Sequence record: NC_110934.1 | Reading direction: 5' to 3' (one strand) | From: Klebsiella phage KPP2018 | Length of the DNA: 64,000 nucleotides | Shown here: in pieces, positions 57,768 through 64,000 of the stretch | Layout: each line of letters starts with the position of its first letter | How positions within the stretch are numbered: position 1 is the stretch's first letter | Made by a program: the position numbers and the translations under genes | Notes under the pieces: model-generated | Seen by the model: the letters and a program-made list of their open reading frames with translations, nothing else | What the model was told of the DNA's origin: nothing | Databases searched by the model: none

Positions 57768-58642
57768 TAAAGAACCCTCTGTACACCACAGCTATCTTCC
57801 CGGAGTGTAGTAAATGTGGTGATTTTACCCGTTTCATCGTTAACTTGCGCAACCGTCAACTGCCCGTTGAAAACACCGCCAGTATCAAGATAAACACGGT
57901 TTTTATAAAGAAGTGGGTAAGGAACCCCAGTATGTCCGTGAAACACGAAATCTACACCTTTAACTTCTGGCACTTCTACCATGTATTTTTCTTTAAATCC
58001 TGCATAACGCTGGAAGTACGGGTGTTCCTCACCATTTTTGGACAAGTAGAAGCCTATTTCTTGGACTACATCTCGATCCCATAAATATGGTTCAATATGG
58101 TATCCAGGATGGTCATGTGGGTCTTCCTTAGCTGCTTCTACTTGTGCAATAAGATTATCCCATACTGGGGTTTCTACTTCATTACCACATTCTTTGTACG
58201 TAAAAGGTACGCCACCGTGAACAACACCATACTTCTTACCACGATGTCTAACAGTTAAGAATACTGGCATTTTTTCAGCCATATCTTCGGCAATATTTTT
58301 AATGGTGTCTGCATCCAGCTCATCCATGGCCCACATACCACCGTTATACATCCAATTAGCCCAATCTCCTGCAATCATAAATTGGTCATGATTACCACGG
58401 ACACTGATAAAATGTGGATTATACAGGAATTTGGCTAAAACTTGTAGGTTTTGTGTGCCTCGGTCAATTAAGTCACCAACACATACTAAGCAATCTTTTT
58501 TGCCATTATACCTTGCTAATTTCAACGCATCTTCTAGCAAATCATTGCATCCATGAATATCACCAACGAAAAATAAGTTGGCGTCATCAGGCACTACTAG
58601 AGTTTTATGTACATTAAATTCTTTTTTCATAATTATTCCCAA
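57767..58642 (-). CDS. PPP-family Ser/Thr protein phosphatase (lambda-phosphatase-like), 291 aa
   Basis: Canonical motifs GDIHGC, GDLIDRG, GNHD, HGG/HGH. ATGA-coupled to the downstream phosphoesterase. Confidence 0.8.
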   Translation of the reverse strand: MGIIMKKEFNVHKTLVVPDDANLFFVGDIHGCNDLLEDALKLARYNGKKDCLVCVGDLIDRGTQNLQVLAKFLYNPHFISVRGNHDQFMIAGDWANWMYNGGMWAMDELDADTIKNIAEDMAEKMPVFLTVRHRGKKYGVVHGGVPFTYKECGNEVETPVWDNLIAQVEAAKEDPHDHPGYHIEPYLWDRDVVQEIGFYLSKNGEEHPYFQRYAGFKEKYMVEVPEVKGVDFVFHGHTGVPYPLLYKNRVYLDTGGVFNGQLTVAQVNDETGKITTFTTLREDSCGVQRVL

Positions 58643-58878
58643 ATAACAGTTAAAATAGTTGTGCCATAATCATTAGATAGTTGGAGAGTATAACCCTCTT
58701 TATAGAGGGCTTTTATAGCTTCATAACTAATTTCATCACGATTAAACTGTACAAAAGAACCTCCAATCTCCACGGAAGAAACTATTCTCTTTTTAACGTA
58801 TTTATATGGTTTCTTTCTACTCTTAAGGAGTGTAGCTCTATTTATTCTAGCTAAACGTTTTGCTTGTTCCGCTAACAT
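58633..58878 (-). CDS. hypothetical protein (81 aa)
   Basis: Basic N-terminus. Confidence 0.4.
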   Translation of the reverse strand: MLAEQAKRLARINRATLLKSRKKPYKYVKKRIVSSVEIGGSFVQFNRDEISYEAIKALYKEGYTLQLSNDYGTTILTVIWE

Positions 58879-58882
58879 TTAA

Positions 58883-59317
58883 TTATCTCCAGTGATTAGT
58901 ATGCTTCTCAGCTTCCTCATCGTTAGGCTCAAAGACAACATGGCAGTCAACTGCTTCCCAAAAAGCCTCACGGATTAAAGAGTTTTTAGCTGAAATGTCT
59001 AATTCTCCCCACTCTTCTAAAGTCTCTAGGTCTGTATCAACTTCGGTATCACAGCCAACCAACCCCAAAGAAACAACAATAGTAACGCGATCTTCACGTT
59101 GTTCGGGATAAACATCAGCATATTCCCAAGCAGCTTCTTCAACATAATATTGTTGTTCCTTTTCTGGAAGTGACTTATACTTTTCTTCTGTAATACCCAT
59201 CTCAACGGCGCGAGTACCACATACTACATTATTATTAATAATTAGATATGCATAGTTCATCGTAATACTCCTATTTCTTGAAGGGCAAAGAAAGCCATTA
59301 ATATGACTAAAATCCAT
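58883..59317 (-). CDS. hypothetical acidic protein
   Basis: Probable start at internal MNYAYLI. Confidence 0.4.
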   Translation of the reverse strand: MDFSHINGFLCPSRNRSITMNYAYLIINNNVVCGTRAVEMGITEEKYKSLPEKEQQYYVEEAAWEYADVYPEQREDRVTIVVSLGLVGCDTEVDTDLETLEEWGELDISAKNSLIREAFWEAVDCHVVFEPNDEEAEKHTNHWR

Positions 59318-59439
59318 ACAAAGATATGTGACATAATCATATTAATGTCTCTCATCAATTTATATAAGTATTATACCAAAATTTTTAGCAAAAAGCAAGT
59401 AAAATAAAAGCCTGATCAGCTAAGATCAGGCTTTGTTTA

Positions 59440-59730
59440 TTAGTCCTCTGGATTATCATCCAGGAAATTTTTAATAGCTTCGTGCATAGTTTCTTTACGA
59501 AGCTGACGTCCAATCAGAATATGATTAGCTTCTATTCGACCATTAGGTAAGCGATCCGCCAGAACTACTACAGGAACTTGGCGCACACCAAATTTCTGCA
59601 TTAATTCTGTATTATCAGTCTCTTTATGGATTTCCAAATTATAGTCATTGACTACTTTATCAAATACTGGCTCAAACATTTTGCAAGGGTTGCAAGTAGA
59701 ACCTTTCAATAGATATACTAATTTACTCAT
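59440..59730 (-). CDS. thioredoxin/glutaredoxin-like protein (CxxC)
   Basis: N-terminal redox motif STCNPCKMFEP (C-N-P-C). 96 aa. Confidence 0.6.
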   Translation of the reverse strand: MSKLVYLLKGSTCNPCKMFEPVFDKVVNDYNLEIHKETDNTELMQKFGVRQVPVVVLADRLPNGRIEANHILIGRQLRKETMHEAIKNFLDDNPED

Positions 59731-60154
59731 AGTTATTAATGGCCTCTAAGAAGTTTCTCATAGTTTTTACGGTTGCAGTGCTTAGATCAAGATTTACACC
59801 CAAACACTCGGTTAATGCCTCCTGATAAGGAGCCTTCAATCTGCCTTCTGGGACTTCTACCTTTTTATACTCTTTATTTTTGACCTTTTTAATCATAGTC
59901 TCTAGTACAAGAAGCGGTAATTTAGCACCTTCAATATCAGTACCCAAAAGTTCAGTTAAAATTTTATTAAGATCAAGACGAGTTAACTTTTTGCCCTTAG
60001 ACATAGATGCACCTACCTTTGTATCAATAGATTTTTCCGCTTTCTTTTCGAGCTTTTTGTACTCAGGAGAGTCATGATCACGGAGTGCAATGTTTAGCTC
60101 GTAATGTGGTATACGAAAATGTTCCGCCATTTGAGTATAGAAACGATCAGACAT
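59723..60154 (-). CDS. hypothetical protein (143 aa)
   Basis: ORF only. Lys-rich. Confidence 0.45.
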   Translation of the reverse strand: MSDRFYTQMAEHFRIPHYELNIALRDHDSPEYKKLEKKAEKSIDTKVGASMSKGKKLTRLDLNKILTELLGTDIEGAKLPLLVLETMIKKVKNKEYKKVEVPEGRLKAPYQEALTECLGVNLDLSTATVKTMRNFLEAINNYE

Positions 60155-60229
60155 AATATATACCTCTCTTAACTAATTTATGTATATATTATATAATAAC
60201 TAGGGCTAAAAGTCAACTACTTTTTTATC

Positions 60230-60646
60230 TTAATCTACTACATGTATAAATCTTTTCCTAACTAGATACATAGTTATTGGGTAAATTGAGTACATAAGTA
60301 TCGGGGAGAAAAGGGTGAAATACGCTGTAACTCCCCCAGCTAACATCAAAGGTATTAATGCTAGAGTAAGGGCCATAAGAATCATACCGAATGAAACAGC
60401 CAAAGCTATGGATATAGGATTCTCTAGTTCCATCCATAACCAACAATATTTCGTATCTCTATGGCAATTGCATTTACAAACGCCGAATGAACCCATAATT
60501 ATATACTCTAGTCCGTGAATAACCTTTATTAATAAGCTATTTCGGGTAGTTAATGCAAGGATAGTAAAGACTATCATTAAAACGAATACTACTAGACTTA
60601 TTTTCCAGATACCTAGCAGCATCATAGTGAATAGTTCTGCAAACAT
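60230..60646 (-). CDS. integral membrane protein (138 aa, 4 predicted TM)
   Basis: Hydrophobic throughout. Confidence 0.45.
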   Translation of the reverse strand: MFAELFTMMLLGIWKISLVVFVLMIVFTILALTTRNSLLIKVIHGLEYIIMGSFGVCKCNCHRDTKYCWLWMELENPISIALAVSFGMILMALTLALIPLMLAGGVTAYFTLFSPILMYSIYPITMYLVRKRFIHVVD

Positions 60647-60723
60647 GGCTTTCTCCTATCTTCAAAAATTATTAAAGCCCCCTTTGCCTAAAAAGGCGGG
60701 AATACTCCCGCCTCAGTTATTAA

Positions 60724-61137
60724 TTAAACTAGTTCGACATGACCGCCATCATAGGTACCACGTTTTATTTCATCGTGATAATCTCCCGAAGCATTCCAAT
60801 CAGCACCAAAGCGAAGTTTAATGCCTAGTTCTTTACCGGCTTGTTCAAAAGCCTTTTTAACTGCCCAAAATGCTTCTAAATCATTCCAATCAATTTTGCC
60901 ATTAATGTATGGAGCAAAATCAAGGGCATCCCCAGTAATATGCTTGCTTTTACTAGGATCTTTTAAAAATGAAGTACCATTAGCAATATTCTGGGCACTT
61001 TGTGCTACTGTACGAATACCCTGTACGATCGTGAAATCATATGGAGATAATTCTAAAGCTCTACGAGCTACTTTTTGTAGCTCTGGCTTAACGGTAGCTA
61101 ATTGTTTTTCGCTATTTTTACCAAATTTAAAACTCAT
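60724..61137 (-). CDS. lys: endolysin, M15 (VanY-like) L-alanyl-D-glutamate peptidase, 137 aa
   Basis: Zinc-ligand pattern H-x6-D ... H (HITGDALDFAP ... GGHVEL). Size identical to T5 endolysin. ATGA-coupled to the holin gene. Confidence 0.85.
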   Translation of the reverse strand: MSFKFGKNSEKQLATVKPELQKVARRALELSPYDFTIVQGIRTVAQSAQNIANGTSFLKDPSKSKHITGDALDFAPYINGKIDWNDLEAFWAVKKAFEQAGKELGIKLRFGADWNASGDYHDEIKRGTYDGGHVELV

Positions 61138-61790
61138 ATTGATCTACCTAAAGATCTCTGTTGTGGGGAACAGAGCTTTGTTAAATACTCGTTAAATTTC
61201 TCAGAATCGGCTGCATCTACAGGATTATCTTTCCAAGCAATACCAATATATCCAGCATAGATATTGTTTAGATTGAAATACGGACAAGTGTATATGTAAT
61301 TAAAAGTAACGTTCTTAAACGCAGGTATATTTAACCCCATGTATTTATTTACTTTTACACTTAAATCCGATGCGTAGTTAAAGCCTTCCAAGTGACGTCT
61401 ATATAGCTCAGACGTTTTATTTACCGCTTTATCGGCCAAGTCAGCCCTATCTAATTGCGCATTGCTTTCCCATGCAATAATGTTAGAATAATCATTAATG
61501 GCATCGGGTTTATACTTGACGACAAAAACAGCATCCGCACCCGTTTGGGAGAAAAGCACCATGCTCTTCTCTCTAGCTACATTAGGAAAGTTATCTATCC
61601 TTTGAGTTTGAACATCCTGTAGAACCGCAGACGTGGAGAAAGTCTTTAAGAATGACATCACCTCGCTAGTATTACTAACAAATAAGAAAATAATGACAGC
61701 AACTAAGATAGTTAGCAGACGTTTAAGAAGCGATGCTGGATCTTTCGCTTCTTGGAGCAGTACCGTTAATAATTGTAAGAACTTTTCCAA
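61134..61790 (-). CDS. hol: holin (T5-type, 218 aa)
   Basis: N-terminal TM segment (ILVAVIIFLFV). Size identical to T5 holin. Immediately upstream of the endolysin. Confidence 0.7.
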   Translation of the reverse strand: MEKFLQLLTVLLQEAKDPASLLKRLLTILVAVIIFLFVSNTSEVMSFLKTFSTSAVLQDVQTQRIDNFPNVAREKSMVLFSQTGADAVFVVKYKPDAINDYSNIIAWESNAQLDRADLADKAVNKTSELYRRHLEGFNYASDLSVKVNKYMGLNIPAFKNVTFNYIYTCPYFNLNNIYAGYIGIAWKDNPVDAADSEKFNEYLTKLCSPQQRSLGRSI

Positions 61791-61946
61791 TTGTAACCTC
61801 CTCTAACCAGTACCATTATACTAATTTTGGAGGAAAATTACAATGTGTTTTTAAAGATCACTTCTGGAGCATAAAATTTTGTCGTTGTCAAGAAGAATTT
61901 TAGATAAAAGAAAAGCCAGGGTCGTTAAACCCTGGCTTAAAACTAC

Positions 61947-62546
61947 TTACTCTTCGTTGTGCTCCTCGAATTGAGGTAACTGGGCTTTATTATATTGCTC
62001 AGATCGATATTTTGCCAAGATTTCAATACGCTTATGGATTTCTTTGCTATCTAGATAGATATTTTTGTTGTCTTTTACCATCTCGTCGATTTCATCTATT
62101 GAGAAGAATGGATAGTAGACATCTAGCATCATATCTTCTACGAACTTGTTGTAAGATTCATAGGCTTTCTTGATTTCTTGACCTTTCTCACAGAATCCGC
62201 CAGAGAACGTGTGTCCCATTAACGTAGCATGTGGATGTACTACCCATCCATGACAGGATAGGAAAATTGTGCAGTAAGCAGAAGCACTAGGACCAATCAG
62301 ATGTCCTATAACTGTTCCACGGCAATTAGCAATTAAGTTAGATAACTGTGCAGCAGTATCAACATAACCACCCGGGCCATTAATCATCAGATTAATTTCG
62401 TCGTCCTCATTTGCCTGCATAAGTACCATTGATAAATCACGGTATTCATCCGGCGGGCCTAATTCTTCATCAAAGAAAAAGGTATACTCATTAGATTGGC
62501 GAATGGAGTGAAACAGGTTAGTCTTTTCTTCTTTTTTATTAGTCAT
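61947..62546 (-). CDS. ClpP-like (S14 family) serine protease
   Basis: GPGGYVDTAAQ...GPSASAYCTIF pattern resembles the ClpP G-x-A-A-S-M-G region. 199 aa. Confidence 0.5.
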   Translation of the reverse strand: MTNKKEEKTNLFHSIRQSNEYTFFFDEELGPPDEYRDLSMVLMQANEDDEINLMINGPGGYVDTAAQLSNLIANCRGTVIGHLIGPSASAYCTIFLSCHGWVVHPHATLMGHTFSGGFCEKGQEIKKAYESYNKFVEDMMLDVYYPFFSIDEIDEMVKDNKNIYLDSKEIHKRIEILAKYRSEQYNKAQLPQFEEHNEE

Positions 62547-62558
62547 AGCGATCCTTGA

Positions 62559-63311
62559 TTATCCAACTAGTGGTTCTAGCTCTAAGTCACAGAAGTTATA
62601 AACTTCTAGTTTAAGGTTATTGATACCATCGAATTTATTAACTAATTCGTGAGTAATATATTTTGCAGGAATACCACTTTCAGATGGATGATCTGATTTA
62701 ATAGTGAACTTCTGCTCAGCGGGTACTACATTTACTATCAAAGAATCCATATCTAAATGGTTTGTTTCTCTGAGTAGCTCTCCTTCATTGGGGAATCTAA
62801 CATCTGTTATTACGGCGACGTCTGGGTCGTCTTTAGCGATGGATTGCTCCAGAATTATGAGCCAAATGCGTTCATGCACCAGCTGCCTTCCTAGCTCTGT
62901 TCCTACGAGCTGTAACATTTTTCTCGGAGAAATAAATAAACTATAAAGACCATCTTCTTTACTCCCTGAGATAAGTTGTTGAGGATTAAGATATTTTTCC
63001 TCAAAAATAGGCCAAACGTACGAGAAGTCTTCAAACTTATCGATACCATACTTAAACCACACATCCCTGGCTCGCTCCAATTGAGATTGTGTGACCGTAA
63101 ACCATTGGTCAATCTCTTTTCCCCTGCGCTCTCCTAGAAACTCTGGAGTTACACCGAGGATTACGGATGCAAGTTCATAAACGGGCTTAGCAAAACTGTA
63201 ACGACAGGGTAAACACATTGGATACGTGTCATTACACCAATCAATAATTAATTTTGCAACGGTATCTTTTCCCGAACCAGCTTCACCATGTAAACCGACT
63301 AATACTGACAT
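62559..63311 (-). CDS. dnk: deoxynucleoside monophosphate kinase (250 aa)
   Basis: P-loop GLHGEAGSGKDT. Size equal to T5 Dnk. Confidence 0.7.
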   Translation of the reverse strand: MSVLVGLHGEAGSGKDTVAKLIIDWCNDTYPMCLPCRYSFAKPVYELASVILGVTPEFLGERRGKEIDQWFTVTQSQLERARDVWFKYGIDKFEDFSYVWPIFEEKYLNPQQLISGSKEDGLYSLFISPRKMLQLVGTELGRQLVHERIWLIILEQSIAKDDPDVAVITDVRFPNEGELLRETNHLDMDSLIVNVVPAEQKFTIKSDHPSESGIPAKYITHELVNKFDGINNLKLEVYNFCDLELEPLVG

Positions 63312-63664
63312 TAATCTTTCCTATTTGTAATGGGTGGATAGTAAACTAAGCAACGTTTTTCTTGTAAATCTTGACGATAGAAGCAAACCATACCAGTCAG
63401 TCGTGAAATGTAAGAGTAAACTGCTTCCTCACATTTTGCTTTTGCATTCCAATCTTTGTATGGTATAACAACTACTACGCCATCTTCTCCATTTGTAGCT
63501 AATTTCTTTTCAAACCTAAAGTTAAAGCTACAAGGTTGAAGTCCTTTAGGCCAGTCTACATGAGCTTGCTTTAACTCATGAGATGGCTCTGGTTTTATTT
63601 CTTCTGCACAGCCTGTGATCGTGATTGTGGCTGCGAGCAGTACTCCAAGTTTCCAGTTAAACAC
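63311..63664 (-). CDS. outer-membrane lipoprotein (candidate o-spanin), 117 aa
   Basis: Signal peptide plus lipobox ITGC. Several periplasmic Cys. Gene overlaps the 3' end of the TM/coiled-coil gene by 70 nt. Confidence 0.55.
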   Translation of the reverse strand: MFNWKLGVLLAATITITGCAEEIKPEPSHELKQAHVDWPKGLQPCSFNFRFEKKLATNGEDGVVVVIPYKDWNAKAKCEEAVYSYISRLTGMVCFYRQDLQEKRCLVYYPPITNRKD

Positions 63665-64000
63665 GCTAATCTTTCCTCGAACTCTTTATTCTGCTTTTTA
63701 GCAATTAATGTTACCAATCCAGGCTTTGCAGCGATAACATCTTGACGACTAAGAGCTTTATCTAGCTGCTTAATCTTTTTGTCTAGATCTGCTTGCGAAA
63801 TATTATTCATTGTGAAATACTGATTCATTCTAGTCTCACGAAGTTCGCTTTCAGCTTTCACCTTATTAAGGGAAGTCTCTAGAGAGGAAATCTTTTTAGT
63901 AGCTACCGCAAGATCTCCCGCTAAAGTCTCCACTTTATCTACTAAGTGATAAGCACCGAACCCGATGCCTATCGCTAGACCTGCTCCCAGGATATACCAC
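63595..64000 (-). CDS. membrane-anchored coiled-coil protein (candidate i-spanin), 5'-partial at window end
   Basis: Reading frame stays open upstream of the tracked Met to the window edge (...GAGLAIGIGFGAYHLVDK METLAGD...): TM helix followed by a long coiled coil. Confidence 0.5.
   Translation of the reverse strand, partial: WYILGAGLAIGIGFGAYHLVDKVETLAGDLAVATKKISSLETSLNKVKAESELRETRMNQYFTMNNISQADLDKKIKQLDKALSRQDVIAAKPGLVTLIAKKQNKEFEERLACLTGNLEYCSQPQSRSQAVQKK

Overview
This window reads as a large part of a T5-like (Tequintavirus-type) siphophage genome. Gene order, strand layout, protein sizes and motifs match the T5 plan. Because BLAST could not be run, family calls rest on motifs I can read directly and on size and position matching recalled T5 proteins. 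Layout by region: (i) 1-11.5 kb, + strand: replication/recombination module with DnaG-like primase, family-A DNA polymerase (855 aa), SF2 helicase, SSB-like protein, SbcD/SbcC-like nuclease pair, Hjc-like resolvase, flap endonuclease (291 aa) and dUTPase. (ii) 11.5-39.4 kb, - strand: late structural/packaging module with two tail fibres carrying C-terminal chaperone domains, collar, pb4/pb3/pb9-like baseplate proteins, tape measure, chaperones, tail tube, terminator/completion proteins, capsid protein, protease, decoration protein, portal, an HNH endonuclease, large and small terminase, and a 595-aa receptor-binding protein, followed by the + strand llp-like lipoprotein. (iii) about 40.1-50.5 kb: a GC-richer block resembling the T5 terminal-repeat (pre-early) region. 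It holds HAD-type deoxynucleotidase (dmp), an A1-like 554-aa metallophosphoesterase, a split A2-sized gene, a 3.6-kb + strand cassette of small genes bracketed by about 130-bp inverted repeats rich in perfect DnaA boxes, and a 1.2-kb non-coding region packed with tandem repeats, a perfect palindromic terminator, eight direct GTGCAAATCCGAC iterons and other repeated motifs (candidate injection-stop/origin-like locus). (iv) 51.1-64 kb, - strand: early genes including two tandem metallophosphatases, thioredoxin-like protein, M15 endolysin (137 aa), holin (218 aa), ClpP-like protease, dNMP kinase (250 aa) and a candidate overlapped spanin pair at the window edge. Late genes running directly into pre-early and then early genes implies the assembly is circularly permuted with the terminal repeat represented once. 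No rRNA, tRNA or CRISPR array was found.
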